NCBI GenBank assembly: GCA_024137785.1
Contig: JAHRHZ010000018.1
Coordinates: 51,620,229-51,684,228 of the forward strand
Direction of reading: 5' to 3'
From: Ginglymostoma cirratum
Taxonomy: Eukaryota
DNA: 64,000 nucleotides
In this document: positions 11,960 to 26,198 of the stretch, piece after piece
How the letters are laid out: each line of letters starts with the position of its first letter
Position numbering within the stretch: the stretch's first letter is position 1
Notes under the pieces: model-generated
Database searches by the model: none
What the model saw: only the letters and a program-made list of their open reading frames with translations
Told to the model about the DNA's origin: nothing
Program-made: the position numbers and the translations under genes

Positions 11960-13000
11960 TGGAAAGTTATGTGGACAAATCACAAGGAGTATGGGGAGGT
12001 CCATCTTAATGTCGGCAGTATCTTGATACATCTTTTATGCTTCCCATGAACAGTGAGGTGAGTTTCTTACTGGGCGTGTGGCAAGTTATCATTTGAGGGG
12101 AATTAATGTTAGCTTAATGCCTTGTTGATGGTCCCAATTACCTTAATAATATTCAGCTTCCTATTTGAATGAACATGCCAAATAAGTTCGATATTGAGAA
12201 AACTCAAAATAAAAATCAGAGGGAGTACTTGGAATTCAGCTCACCGCTTGCCCCAAAGGATCACCATGTAGACCACCAGGCACCATCATCTTAGGCCACG
12301 CTCCATGGGCACTCCTAGTCCATGGGCATTGGCATCCGAGATGTGCCAGACTCTACCAACGCTCATGACGTACCACAGATGCACATACAGGAAACTTCCT
12401 TAATGCTCCACCTGGGCTGCATGGGCAACTATCATTGTAATGTTGCAGCTAGGACACTGAGTGCTCTTAAGGACACATAACCAGCTTATAGACAGGGAAG
12501 GGACGCATCGCCATGGTCTCCTCTCACTGAACATTCTGCTCACTAATTTTGAGCCTACCCTGATGCTCACAGCATCCTTTCCTTGCATTGTCGTGCCTTG
12601 ATTTCTTGTGCTTTACTCCCTTAGTCAGGGATATCAGGCTCATACCACTGTCTTGCCATGTTGTTTCTTGCTGTTGGTGCAGGTAGGGAAGTGTCCTGAA
12701 CGAGTGAATAGGCCATGCGGGGCGTATACAGGGTCAGTAGTGTTGAGGGTTGGGGGTAGGCGAGAGTGAGTGAGGGAAGTTTTTGCATGCAAAAGTGAGA
12801 TTGGTAGAAAATGTGCCTTGGTCGGAGGTGGGTATAATCATACAGAGAGTGAATAAGAGCAGTGGGCAATGTCATTGACCTTCTTTCTATTGTGCATATA
12901 TTCCACCAAACAGTTAAAACAGCTTTAAGCCGGGTGGCAACCTGGACCAAACTGATACGTTCTGGTATCATGGCCTCCACTGCTGGTCCTTACAACCTGT
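11960..13000 (-). mobile_element. PIF/Harbinger remnant with decayed Myb/SANT-like exons
   Basis: Minus strand gives QVATRLKAV...agaaagaaggtcaatgac (RKKVND) and ...PDI. 12221-12242 matches the reverse complement of 52744-52770 in the sister copy. Confidence 0.5.
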
Positions 13001-16000
13001 ACACCAATCTATCCAGCAGGATCTCCAGGAGCCTGGTCATTTATTGGGGTGTCAATTTCCCCCAGTCCGCCATGGCCAGGGCAAAAATCAACAACTACAC
13101 AAAGTCCACAGGGCCAGCAATGGGAACGGTAAGTTAGTGGGAGCGAGGTTGACAAGATCAGTCCCCAGTTTGTACACAGGGCAGAAGATGAGAAAGTAGC
13201 TGGGGTTGCTTTGTCTTGCGCTTTAAGGCAATACTGCAACGTGCACACTAAGTATCTATGTACTAAGTACCTCAGACTGTACTTGTCTGCTCATACACAC
13301 TCCCTGGAGCTGCTTGCTCCTTATCTCTAAGTAAGGCTCATCAACTCCTTATGCGGTGTGTCACTCCTTAATTAAGATCTGTATGTAATAGGTTATCCAG
13401 TACACCTCTGTCATCTTGTGTTTAAGTTGTCTAGTACAGCGCTGTCGTTTTGCATTTAAGTCGTCTCTCTTCACATTCTCATCCTAGACTAGGGCCTTCT
13501 CTCTTACTGATTTCAGAGTCATATGATCACCATGATTTACCTGAATCACATTACATCACAGGGGATTCTGCTCCTCAGGAAGTTGTGACAACTGCCTTGA
13601 TAGACTCTTCAAAGGGACCAAGAGAGGCATGAAGGGAAGCTGGGGGCCTATCGAAAAGAAAGTCAAGAATTGGGACTGCAGAAGGAGGTTGAAGGGTACT
13701 GAAGAGTCAGGGTGAGATTTGGAAGGGTAGAGTATCTGCAAAGGGACAAATTAAAGGAGGTATGTTGTTAAGAGATTGGAGGCCAGAAACTTTTAAAAAA
13801 AATATACAGGATGGATGAATAAAAGGGAAATCAAAGATGAAGGGAATAAAAGTTCAAATGGCCGAATAGCAACTGCATCCTAGTGATTGCACAATTGCCC
13901 CTGTTTCAGTAAACCTGTAGAGTAAGGCTTAATGTCTCTTGGTCAAAAATTCACAGGGTTCCAGAGAAGGTTTCCAGATTTTAACTCAACAACAAATCAC
14001 TAGGCAAGTTCCAGATCTGTGCAAGTGGAGAGCTGAAATTTCAGGATCCAACACAGGTGGGAACAAAGGGGTATGAACTTGTATATTACCATGACCTGGA
14101 TCCTGGTGGTAACTATTCTTGTTGAGGAGAATTTATCAGGCAATATATTAGGGTCAATAAAAAAATTGGTAACCACTGTTGGAGGTTGACTGAGATCTTA
14201 CAGGTGACCTCCAGTTTCCAAGCTGGTTAGAAGCTGTTTAACTGTCCAAAGACATGCCACCTGCAGCAGGCCAAGGCAGGCCTAAATTCATCCCAAGGTC
14301 TTGGCCCAAGTGCAGTCAAAATCCAGGCTATTGAGAGACCGCCCCTTTGCCCAACACACCCCATTATACCCCACAGTGGTGACCTGGCTGACAAAGGGTT
14401 TTCTATTAAACAAATTTTCTATTTAAGTTTTTTTTAAATTGGTGAGAGGGAGACTCCATTTTGAAATGCTTTTTCAGCTGCTTAGCCTCCACAGTAACCT
14501 GCTGCAATTGGCCCAGCAGCTTTGAGATGCTCGCCATAGTGTTACCCTTAATTGAACAGGGAACCTTTTCCAATGCCAACTAAGTGAGAACCCCAGTCAA
14601 AATCCCAAAGATTCACTGTTCCCCCTGAAAGAGGGTGGGTTCCAACTTGAGGATAGTCCCCAATCCTGTTTCTTCCCCCAGAGAAAATCTCCAGATGGTC
14701 TCATACCTAATTTTCTCCAATGTTGACCTTTACGATGTAGTCACAAGCGGCAAGAATGAGCCTGTGGTGAGAACTCCCTGCATCCGATATTTGAGGCTCA
14801 AGTAGGAACACCAAAGTACTTCTAATGACCTGGTTTTAAAGCTAAGAACTGAACATTCCAGACAAAATAAATACAAAGAGCTGATCGTTTGGATAGAATC
14901 TAAAATAACAATTTGCCCTTTCCTAATGTCAGCTTGTTTAAACCTGAGCAGAACTGGGAACTGACAGCTGACACAAACAGTTAAAATTAGCAGCTGATCA
15001 CTGCTAGAGGAGGTTACAGAGAAATCAATGCACTGTATCGTCAGCTTGTTTTTACTAAACTCATTTCCTTTTCAGTGTCAGCTTTCTTTAGTGAGCACAT
15101 GCTGTTGATACTTGCAGCCGAACACAAATTCCTTCTACTTTGCAAATCACCAGATTTCCCTTGGTAATGATCAGTGTTAATCTGAGGTCTGGAAATATTT
15201 CCGGATGCGTTTGTGAAGGTTGAAAATGTTTGTGTGTTCCATTCGATAATAGCTGATCTCCTGTTGTTGATCAAAGACAAGATGTATGGACTCATGTAAC
15301 AAAGCACATTATAAATTCACTTGATTAATAATTGTGTTACATGGTTGATACATGTTCAATCATTTCAGCCAGATATTTAATGAGGAAATTAAATCAATAA
15401 CAATGTAGATAACATTAATTCCCAAAGAATGTGGGTTTGAATTGGGGCAGGATGTTAAATCTTAACAAATCTCAAACCCAACCTCCTTCGATCAATCCCC
15501 ATAGTCCAAATTCCCATTTAAATAGAGGTGCATGAGGGCAACCAAACCACTCCCAGGAGATAGTGAAGCACTATACTGAGCCTATCTGCCTAAGAATTTT
15601 TTGTTCCTGTGGTTCAATCCTGGTGTAATCATGCTTTTGATCAGGTTTCCCAGGCTTCAGGAATCCTACAGCTCAACAGAGGCAAAGACAGTTACGCGAA
15701 ACAGGTAAATACAGTACTGTTTGTGGGCCAAAAGGAGCAGGAGTACTCCCCTGAGGTTAAACAAACTATCGGACTGTCCTTCCTTACAATTAGCCTTACA
15801 CCCTATCTCTCCCTGATAATGGAACACTCTGCAATTGGGCCTTTCTGAAATGGACAACCCTGTCTCCAACACACAATCAAAAGACTGCTGGCAACTCCAA
15901 CAGTGTTCCCCCAACTCACAACCATCCTCTTCTCTGATAATGCTCTGTCTCTTGCTCAGCATCTGGGATCACTCTCTGAAACCTTCCCAACCGTCTCCAG

Positions 16001-16979
16001 CATTGTTTTATCCAATGCATCCACCTCGCAAATTTATACTTTAGCATCAGGAAACATAGTGAATTTTAGGATGTGACCCAATTGGCAATGAGAATGAAGC
16101 AAGTCTGTCAATCAGAATGACTTCTTGGGTATCCTGTTGAGAGAAAGAGGATCTTAGACCTTAAAACCATATTCAACCAAAGCTGTTCTTCCCGCACCTT
16201 GTTGGCAGTCCATATGAAACTCTTGTCACTGTGAAGATCAGTGCAAATTACTCAGGAAGTTCAGCTGAATGTTCCCTCTCTATTCTGTTTGCTGTGCACA
16301 GCCGATGTGTTGTATCATGCAGTCCCCTTAAAATTGACATGCAACATTGCACATCTTAAAGGGAACATTGCTTCTTACAAGCATATTTGTTCCCTATATG
16401 GCACATTTCAAATGTGCGCCCATGCAGCTTAGATGGAGCATTGGCTTGATAGGTTATTTTCAACAAGAATAACTAAATCAGTTTAACCTATCTGGACTAT
16501 TTTGATTGGTTCAGAATTAAAGAGTGGTCTTAATGCTAGCTGGGTGGAAGGAATGGGCTGGATAAGTGGTTAACATTGTAAAAAATGACTTTGTTCAGCC
16601 ATTCCCACTGGAAACGCATTGTCTGTCATGGAGCTGACTTACTATAAATGCACCAGCTAGGAAAAGGTAGGTCTCTTGAGCTGATTCAAGTGAGAGACCA
16701 TTATGTCATTTGGATCCTGACAAATCTTAACTGCAGCATTGAAAGCCCCAACCTGTACCCAACACACTGAATAAATGCTACTGAGACAAGTTTCACAAAC
16801 TGACTGACATTACTGAAGCAAACAGCTACTCAGCAGTAGCCACTTAGGTCTTTAGGATATGTGTGCCATTGGAAGTAGTGCATTTCTAAGCCGGTTCAGC
16901 ATTTTCAGTTTGCATCTTTATCACATGCTTTCTCCCTTCCCTGCTCTCATTACTCACCACTGATCGTGCACAATCAGAG

Positions 16980-17172
16980 AGTTTGGCAGTATCTCTGGAG
17001 GGAGGATAAGAATTAATGAGTGCGCAGGGATCTTATGGCTGCTGTACAGTGGGAAATGTGGTGAAGGAGATGACTGAATGAGACAAAAGTGGAAATTTTA
17101 ATTGTTTGATGGCAGATTTTTGTCAGTGACATGTCAGGCCTCATACCATCCAGTGGCAGGTTGCAATACATT
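16980..17172 (+). repeat. Direct repeat, copy 1 (partner 18030-18202)
   Basis: Shared blocks agtttggcagt.tctctgga, gtgggaaatgtg, gatgactgaat, gatttttgtcagtg, gcctcataccatcc, caggtt.caatacatt. Confidence 0.85.
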
Positions 17173-17189
17173 AAACTTTATCTTTCTAT

Positions 17190-17322
17190 TCCTTTTTACC
17201 TTACTCTTAAATTATTCAAAATGGCACTGGATTGTGGCAAAATTGAGAAAGATTTTCATTGTATTTTGTTGTTCTTGTTGTAAGATACGTGACAATAAAT
17301 CATTCATTTATTCATTCATTGA
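17190..17322 (+). mobile_element. Short retroposon 3' tail (Rex1/L2-type, ends gtgacaataaa(tcat)n)
   Basis: tttcattgta...tacgtgacaataaatcattcatttattcattcatt. Similar tails at 51490-51543 and 55040-55085 (minus). Confidence 0.55.
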
Positions 17323-18029
17323 ATGTTTTCTACTCATCCTGTGAATGAGTCAAGATTTGAAGAAACAGAAACTCAGCAAAATCCTGGACAAGCAGATTGA
17401 ACAGGATGATTCCATGCAAATACATAATACCAACTAGGGTAACGTTTGATGTATTGTGATACTGTAATTTTATTGGATAAACTAGATGGAGCAAAGAGTC
17501 CCTTCCCTGTCTGCCATCGTTCATATTTTTCCTATGCTTATATTCTGGACCTGCTTGAAGAAAGCAGGCAGGTGGGACAGTTTGAAGATGGCTCTGCTCA
17601 GTCAATAAGAGTTACATTTATCGATATTTCTGAGGAGCTGTGCAGGAGTCTTCACTTCACCAGATGGTTGTCACAGATCTCAGCGCATTTTCACATGACC
17701 TGGTGCCATGTTTCTCTGTTGGCTAACAACATGAGCAACTGCAATCAGGGCACCACCACATTCCTTGTGCAAGTAAACAGAGCATTACATTTCTAATATA
17801 TGCCAATTCGCACCATGACAGAACTCTGGGATTTGTGACAACCACTGGTTTCCCTCATGTCCATGACTTAATGGTCTACATACATGAAGTTACAAGCACA
17901 GAAGAAGCTGAACCACTAATATCAGTGAGGAGGAGCTACCTCTCCACCCATTTCCATGTGGTGTGTGATGGCTGGAGAAGGATAATCCAATGGTTTCATG
18001 AAAATGGAAAATGTTGGAAATATTTTGAA

Positions 18030-18202
18030 AGTTTGGCAGTGTCTCTGGAAAGACGATATGATCTTACAGCTGCTCCAGAGTGGGAAATGTGATGGGTGGG
18101 ATGACTGAATTAGGCAGAAGAGTAAATTTGAATTTCCTGATGGGGGATTTTTGTCAGTGGCACATCGAGCCTCATACCATCCTGTGACAGGTTACAATAC
18201 AT
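18030..18202 (+). repeat. Direct repeat, copy 2 (partner 16980-17172)
   Basis: Same blocks as copy 1, with a ~20-bp indel. Confidence 0.85.
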
Positions 18203-20724
18203 TTGTGCTAAATTTGCATGCTGTGAGTACTTGTTGGCTTAAGACTTCATTAATTGCATCTGAACTTCAAGATGAAGAGTGTGTGGGAAAATAACGATAA
18301 TGAAATGTATGTGTATTGTTCCTCTTTCATTAAAAAGTATAATATTTCACTAATATTGCTGAAAAACATGTATTATGGAGGGCGGGGGTTCTCCTATAAC
18401 TCATGTTCCAACAATGTGAATTGGCTATAACGTGATTGACAAATTGTGGAATGGCATTTGTAAAACACGAACTTGTGTTAGCCATAACACGATTCCATCG
18501 AGAGTATGGATTGTGTGTCATAAACCTCAAATGTAATATCATAAAGAGAACAACCATCTTATTAGGAAAATATGTGAAGTATTAGTTTGAAGAATTAATG
18601 CTGAACGCATTAAATGTATCATCATTATTTAAAAATGCAGTTCATTTAAATAGAAGAATGGACTCCACTGCTAAATTGATGGCAACAGTAAAAAATGAAG
18701 TATAGTATAAAATAACATGAGTGCTGTTAAAACATGCCTAGATTTTGATACATATTTAATGTGTAAGAACTTTTGAACTCGCTCATGTAAATCGTTTATA
18801 CCAAAAGTTGTCTGTGTTACAACCTACTATATTCCAGCGCTATTTTGAATACAATGTTACTCACATTTACAATGCATTTGAAGCCTACAGTTAACTTCAG
18901 TGCCAATGGGCTACATAGGAAAGAAAGGTCAAATCTATCCAGAAGTCTGTGCCGATGCAATGTCAAGTTGGATCAGCATTTAAATGGAGGAGGGAATTTT
19001 ACTAGAAATTGCTGACGTGTCAATTTCGGGGGAGTTTCATGGAGGGTTGCTGGCTGTGAGATCTATCTTACACACTTTTGCACTGCTCACCTCTTTTGGG
19101 TCATGCTCGCACTATCATGAAGTGTTGACCATTGCTGGGAATTCCAGCGGAGAAACTCTATTTAAAGACCAGCTGTCACTTCATTGCAAATACAAGGTCA
19201 GATTCGTAAAAATATTGCCTCTTTGCAGCATCACCGTCTAATAAACTGTGACTATAACTGCAGCTATAAAAATGAAGCTACACAGTTGAGGAAGAAGTTT
19301 GAAACATACAATTGTCATGTGTCCTTTGTGCCCCTAACCCTGCTTTCCCCATAGGCCGTATTATTTCTGTAACGCGATGTTGCACTGGGACATCCAAACT
19401 TTTTCGCTTGTACTATCGGGAAAGATGCAAGAATATCAAATTTCAAAAGCAACGCCAATTAATTCTGCATGAGATATACAGTGTTGATGGCTTGCAGTAA
19501 ATTCTGACTTCCCCAGGTATTGTCATGGAGAATAATTGTCCCAAAGTTTTGTTTAAATTCTAAAAACATTCGTCACTTTTGTTGGTCATGATGCGCCATG
19601 GAGAATGTACAAGGGAAAAGTGTCTCCCAAATATTTATTAGATTGGAAATGGCACAATGCCTGGAAAAATTCCATCTGAATGTATTTTCCTATAAAACCA
19701 CATCCGTTATCACGATGAGCGGACTTGCTGAATCCATACAGTTCAACAAATTTGTTAACTCCAATGGAGGTGAACTGAGTTTTGCAATCATGTATTACTC
19801 TTTCAGGTTCAACAACAGAACTGATACTGCTGAAATGATTGTAGCGGCTTTCAAACCTTTCACTGTTCAGAAGTCGGCAACCATGAGATATGAATGTCCA
19901 TGTGTGAATAAATCAGCTCCCACAGAATGCCATTGTCTGGATGCTATTTCAATAGTTACCATCTCTTTCTGCTGTCTAATTCTGTACTTCTGGCATCTAC
20001 TGCATATAGACTGCATTTTTCTGATGCTTTTGTAGATGCCTATCCAAATATACAGCTCACCTGGTCTTGAACTTACTCCATTCCCTTGTGGCTTTCCCTT
20101 GTGTATCTTCAGCAGACATTCTCCCTGCATCTTTTTTGGGTACAATGGTTCTGAGTGTAGCTAGCAGAACAGCATATTCTCACAAAATATCATGCTGGCT
20201 GTGTTTGTTGTATCTTATCCAGTCATCCTTAGATATTTTACTGAGAGAACATTTGTAACTCCTTATCTTTTCTGGTCTCATCTCTAATCAGACTCAGTTT
20301 TAGTGATGTAACATTTACTAATTGATGGATTTTGTGATGACAAATGAAATAGGATATCTGCTAGCACTGTTCACCAAAATGGTTCATATTTCAAAATGAA
20401 ATTGTAACCCTGAAGCCTCAAGAGAAACCTTGGCCATCATGCTGGAGTTCTTCACATTCTTCTTGAAGATCTACTCCAATGGACAATAATCAGTCTCAAC
20501 TATTAAGTTCCTTCCACTAGAGATATGTATAGAATTTCTCATATCCATGCATGACTTTCAAAAGCACTTCCTGTGTTGACTTTGCAAGCATCAGATGATA
20601 CTGAGACTTTGGATGCAAATGTTATCAGTTTTCCATCTTATACCAGGGTACTCCTAGCTTTTTTGTAAAGCATCTACTTGCAGAGATGCAAATTTCTCTG
20701 CTGTGAAATGTCATAATCTTCCAA

Positions 20725-22140
20725 GAATCCTTAGGTTGAAAACTGCCAATGTAACACCCTTGTTTAAAAGGAAAGGAAACAAATAGCAGGTGACTATAGG
20801 CCAGTCAGTTGAACATCTGTTATTGGGAAAATATTAGAATCTATTATAAAGTGTATAATAGCAGAGTATTTACAAATACATAATATGAATAGGCGGAGTT
20901 CGTATGACTTCATGAAGGAGAAATCGTGCCCGAAAATTTACTAGAATTCAGGAGGTTGTAAGCAGAACAGATAAAAGCGGGCAGGGGAGTAGATGTAATA
21001 TATTTGAATTTTCAGAAGGTGTTTGATAAGGTACCGCACATTTCTACTTGATAAGATAAGAGCCCATGTGTTAGACAAAGTATATAAGCATGCAAAGAGG
21101 GTTAGCTAAGTAAAAGAAGACAAAAGGTTGAGACAGGGGGCCATTTTCAGGATGGCAACTTGTAGCTAGTGATGTACCCAGGGATCAGTGCTGAAGCCGT
21201 ACAATGACTTCGATAATGAAAATGAATGTAATATTGCCAACTTTGTGGATGAGACAAAATTGCATGGGAAGGCAAGTGGTGAGGATGACATGAAGGGCCT
21301 GCAGAAGGATATAGACAGGTTGAGGAAGTGTGAAAAATCCTGGTGAACATAATATAACGTGGGAAAATGTGAAGTTATGCACTTTGGTAGGTAGAATAGA
21401 GAGCTGAACATTATTTAAATGGGGATAAACTACAAAAAGCTATGGAACAGAGGGATTTGGGAGTCCTTGTCCGTGAATCACAAAAAGCTGGCATCCACAT
21501 TCGGTGTGTAATAGAGATGGTAAATGGAATTTTGACCTTTATTTCAAAGGGAATGGAATATAAAGATGTGAAGATTTTACTAAAAGTGTGCAAGACACTT
21601 TTAAGACTATAGCTGGAATATTGTGAACAGTTGTGGGTGCCTTTTCTAAGAAAATGCTGACATTATAGGCATTACAGAGCAGTTTAACTACACTGATACC
21701 AGATATAGAGGGGTGACCTAAGAGGACAGGTTGGGTAGTTTAGGCCTGTGTTCATCAGACTTTAGAAAACTGTGAGATGATTTTATTTAAACGTACAAGA
21801 TTCTCAAGGGACTTAACAGGGTAGATGCAGTAAGGTTTTATTTCCCTTGTGGGAGAGTCTAAGAATAATCTCAGAATAAAGTTGCCCATATAAGACAGAA
21901 ATGAGGAAGACTTTTTTCCCTTAGAGGGTAGTGAATCAGTGAAATTCTTTACCACAGAGGGCTTGATCATTAAGAATATACAAAACCAAGGCAGACAGAA
22001 ATTTAATCTGTATGGGAACAACAGCTGTAGGGAAAGCACGAGAAAGTGAAGTTTAGGATTATCAGATCAGCCATGATATCCTTGAACAGCAGAACAGTTT
22101 TCACTGGCTGAATGGTCTATATTTGCTCCTGTGTCTTGTG
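20725..22140 (+). mobile_element. CR1 LINE ORF2 RT fragment with 3' end
   Basis: ANVTPLFKR...DYRPVS, VDVIYLNFQKVFDKVPH, VPQGSVL, FVDETKL (YADD equivalent), NVGKCEVMHFG. Decayed. Confidence 0.9.
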
Positions 22141-22304
22141 GTCCTACGGACAGACTTGTTTCCTTGGGTTTACTGAAACTGCTCTCACGATACACTGATC
22201 ACTCATTCTTAATGTGTTCCCTCATCAGCTCTTGTTGGTATCCTGTGAATGCTGACATGAGATGTATAAAAGAACTCATGCAATAGATCAATTTAAGGGA
22301 ACAT

Positions 22305-22372
22305 CTCATTGGTCGGCATGGACCAGTTTGGACCGAAAGGCGTGTCTCCGTGCTGTAGGACTCTATGACTCT
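22305..22372 (+). mobile_element. CR1/HE1 3' tip
   Basis: ggtcggcatggaccagtttggaccgaa...gtgctgtaggactctatgactc. Confidence 0.75.
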
Positions 22373-23884
22373 CATAATTTCTAATCTCTTGTGGCTTTTA
22401 TCTCAGAGATAGCTGTGACTTTTCAGGACTTGACTTTACTAAGGCAGCTGTGTACATCATGTTGAAGATTTGACATCTGCCAACCTCACAACGTATTTGT
22501 CTGCGCTTGACTTGATCCCAACTCTCCTGGTTTATCTCCCTGCTTCATGCAGATAGCAGTCATATCTTTTTCATCTGCACCATATATATCTGGATATCCT
22601 CAGCTAAATGAACAGTTCCTTTGCTTCCTCAGTATGACTTATCTAGTTTTTGCTGGAACACATTCTGGCTCGCATTAAATGCCAAAAAACAGAAACAGAG
22701 ATCTATACCAAACAAAGGGTGTTGATGTTGCCAACAATCAAGACTGTTTATCAACCCAACATTTCAAGCCTCAAGCTTTCTCCTTACTGGTATTGGTGTG
22801 ATGTCTTCCATTACTCTATATCATTTCAGTAAAATCTCTGGCATCCAGGCAAATTCTTAAATATCCATTTGGTTTCTTCCCTCATCAGAATGGGATTTAC
22901 CAAGTCTGGATGTTCTGTGATTCTATCAATCCCTTTTTTTAATCTTTCCATCTCTTAGAGCTTTCTTTCAAGTTTTCCTTTTAGTTCCTTTAGTTCTAAT
23001 GGTATTTTACATAGGACATAAATCAATAGTGTCTTCTCAAATCAACTTTGATGTGATATTAAAAATCTACAGAACATTCAAGTATTTCATCAGAACACTC
23101 TGGCTATAAGTACTTTCTTGAATCTGATGAGAGGATGCTTTACATTGAGTGCACTACCTTTAACCCTTTGTGATCCTCTCCCATTTTATGATTTGCTGAG
23201 TTAAGCTGCACCACCTCACAATTGTTTAACTCCAGGATATCAGGACCATGTGTTTTAGTGATGTAGAACATGTAATAAGTTTCTCTCTATCTTTGTGAAT
23301 CCCTCTGCTTTGGGTTCTTTCTAGCAGTGGAATCTCAGTTCCCACATATGTGATGTTGCTGGATTTCAGAGCACCTTTAATTAGGTAATAAATTTTATTT
23401 GAAATTTTCAAGCGAAGACCTTCTAGTGTAGACTGAGCAAGATGATGACACTCTTGTATCAAACTTCAGCTTCAGATTTGTGGTTCTTCCATTCTTCTTC
23501 ATTTGAATGGTTATCTGAATTTATTCCCGCTGGGGAACTAACACTAACTTCCCACTAACATTCTAAATAAAACGCTAAAAAGCATTCTGAATCAAAAGTG
23601 AATTAACTCCATACTCCAATATTAATGGATCTTTCAAAACTCATGAGGGTGCAGATCCAGATAGACATTTTCACCTAAAAAAATTACTCCTGCCTTGAGC
23701 TATATCCTAGATGTGTAACAATTTTTTCTAATATTTGGTGTATATTGTTTACAGCCAAGTAAAAAGACCAACAGACTATTAAATATTGGCAGTAACATTA
23801 CCTCAGCCTATCTTTCATGGCAGAGGCAATAAAAAACAAAACACATGATTAAGAAATCCAATAAGGAATCCAAGAGATACATTT

Positions 23885-24105
23885 CACCGAAGATTGGTTA
23901 GAATATGGAACACACCACCAAGCAGCAATTGGGGAAAGTAGAAAAAGTGTTTCAAGGGACCGATAGCTGAATGTATGGGGGAGAAAGCATCAGAAGGATA
24001 ACATACAGGGTCAGATGGAAAGAGATGGGAGGATGCTTGTGTGGACCATGAATGACAGAATAGATCACTTGGTCCCAATAGCCTGTTTTGAGTATACAAC
24101 CAATA
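23885..24105 (+). mobile_element. Decayed CR1 3' fragment
   Basis: gttagaatatggaac...ggaggatgcttgtgtggacc...gcctgtttt resembles CR1 3' ends. Confidence 0.5.
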
Positions 24106-24388
24106 TAATACAATGGGTTGAATTTTCACTTCCCTGTAAAGGCTTGGGATGATGATAAGGTGGGTTGGGGGTTGGCGTTAGGGGGTTGCTGTGGTGAGGG
24201 GAGCCTTGAAAATATTGGTGCTACAATCTGAGGGACAGGAATCCCACTCCTCTTCCAGATCAACCTGTTCAAGTGTTTGTTTAAGGTTTATTGGAAGGGC
24301 GTGGGGGAAGCGGGTTGGGCATAAGGTTGAGAGTGAAATACTTAAAGGATTGGACAGGTTTTAAAAACTGTCAGATTCAGAACAGCTG

Positions 24389-24752
24389 AGGGGAGGCAAT
24401 GGCCTAGTGGTATTATCGCTAGACTGTTAATCCAGAGACCCAGATAACATTCTGGGGACCCAAGGTCAAATCCTGCCATGGCAGGTGGCAGCATTTGAAT
24501 TCAATAAAAATATCTGGAATTAAGAATCTAATGATGACCATGAACCCATTGTCAATTGTCAGAAAAACCCATCTGGTTCACTAATGTCCTTTAGGGACGG
24601 AAACTGCCATCCTTACCTGGTCTGGCCAACATGTGACTCTAGACCCACAGTATTGTAGTTGACTCTAAACTGGCCTCTGGGCAATTAGGGATGGGCAATA
24701 AATGCTGCCTGGTCAGCCATGTCTTCATCCCGTAAATGAATAACGAAGAAAA
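24389..24752 (+). mobile_element. tRNA-derived SINE, full length, with a LINE-derived 3' tail
   Basis: A box tggcctagtgg, B box ggtcaaatcc, body aaaacccatctggttcactaatgtcctttaggg, tail ggcaattagggatgggcaataaatgc...gaataa. Sister copy at 35075-35300. Confidence 0.85.
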
Positions 24753-25629
24753 AGGAAGGATATAACACAGGAAACCAGGCAAGGATTCCTGGCATCATCC
24801 TGATTCCACAAGAGGGCCAGTCAGGCAAAAGGGATTGGATCCGTTAATGACTGGCATTGGCACAACACAAGTGACAGGGAAAATGAGTACAGCATTTCCA
24901 GGTTTTGAAGAAGGTCCGAAATCTTCTGGCATTGCAGGGCTGGAAAAATTGGGGCAAATCTGCCAGGATCAATTGGGTGGCCAGCTGTGCAGAAAGAAGC
25001 CTCCTACAGGCAACTGGGGAAAGACTACCAGATTTGGGGTCCTGTGGTAATAGAAACTGGACTATTTATTGAAATTGAGGAACCCCATACAGCAGAAGGA
25101 CATTTGAGAGGAGAAAAGGACCTGACAGGAAAAGGAAGCCAAGCTCTCAAAACATGAGCAACCACCAAAAATGAATATAACTGGAGATGAAAAAGAACCA
25201 GTGCTGTTCGATACTGCAAACCCCAGGCAGATTGCTACAGGCTTCTGTGCCCTTGTTTTCAAAGGGCTTGCACCTCACAGTGTGGGTCTTCATGCCCTGC
25301 ACTGCCCATCAAATTCACTGTGGTTTTCACCTTCTTGTCTTCTGATTCCTTCCAAGGATCTGCTATGAAGCTGGTGGCATTTTGCAAATGGCTGCACACT
25401 GTGTATCTTGCTGGCCGCTGATATCCTTTTTGTTAAAACCAGCAACCACAACAAGAGCATCCTACACCTTTCAGCCTGTGGTCATGGCACTTGTCATGAC
25501 TTCCTCATCCTGTACCTGTTCAAGTCACAGTCAAACCCCTAAGGCACAAAGGAAATCCCTTGCAGATATAGCTATTAATCCATTACAAGACTCTCTCAAG
25601 CAGAAGTGTAGAGTATAGCAGTTGGGAGG

Positions 25630-26198
25630 TCCTGGTGTGGCAGTACAAGACATTGGTGAGACCACTTTTGGAATACTGCACTCAGTTCTTGTCTCCCTGC
25701 TATCAGAAAGATGTTGTGACACTTGAAAGAACTCAGAAAAGATTTACAAGGATGTTGCCAGGGTTAGAGAGTTTGAACTTTAGGGAGAGGTTGAGTAGGC
25801 TGGGGCTATTTTCCCTGGAGCTTTGGACACTGAGGGACAACCTTATAGAACTTTATAAAATCATAAGAGGCATGGATACGGTGAAGAGTCACGTCTTTTT
25901 CCCGGCGAAGGGAAATCCAAAGCTAGAGGGTAAAGTTTAAGGTGAGGGAGGAAAGATAGAAAAGGGACCAAAGGGGCAACTTTTTGTTGCAGAGGGTGGT
26001 GTGTGTATGGAATGAGCTACCAGAGGAACTAGTGGAGGCTGGTACAATTCCAACATTTAAAAACTATTGGCCAAAGATATTTAAAAGATATCAGCCAAAT
26101 TCTGACAAATGGGACTATGTTAATTTAGGATATCTGGCTGGCATGGATGAGTTGGACCAAAGGGTCTGTTTCTGTGCTGTACATCTCTATGACTCTAT
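25630..26198 (+). mobile_element. CR1 LINE 3' fragment
   Basis: ORF 25635-25940 YKTLVRPLLEYCTQFLSPCYQKDVVTLERTQKRFTRMLPGL...LYKIIRG, ending in a ctctatgactcta tail. Confidence 0.92.

Larger units (their letters stand above)
19400..23500 (-). mobile_element. Gypsy/Ty3 LTR retrotransposon pol remnant, split by CR1 insertions
   Basis: Minus-strand order RT (~22600-22950), RNase H (LQVDA ~20680, FASK ~20615, ETDYCPLE*IFKK ~20460-20498), integrase (QWHSVGADLFTHGHSYLMVADF ~19870-19935). Many stops and frameshifts. Confidence 0.8.

Noticed and set aside
18330-19400. Possible pogo/Tigger-like MITE (repeated ctataac/ataacacg motifs)
   Set aside because: I could not define TIRs or a TA TSD.
24389-24480. 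tRNA-like A/B boxes (also ~11830-11898, 45150-45195, 61085-61165)
   Set aside because: These are SINE/LINE heads continuing into repeat bodies, with no complete cloverleaf, so not tRNA genes.
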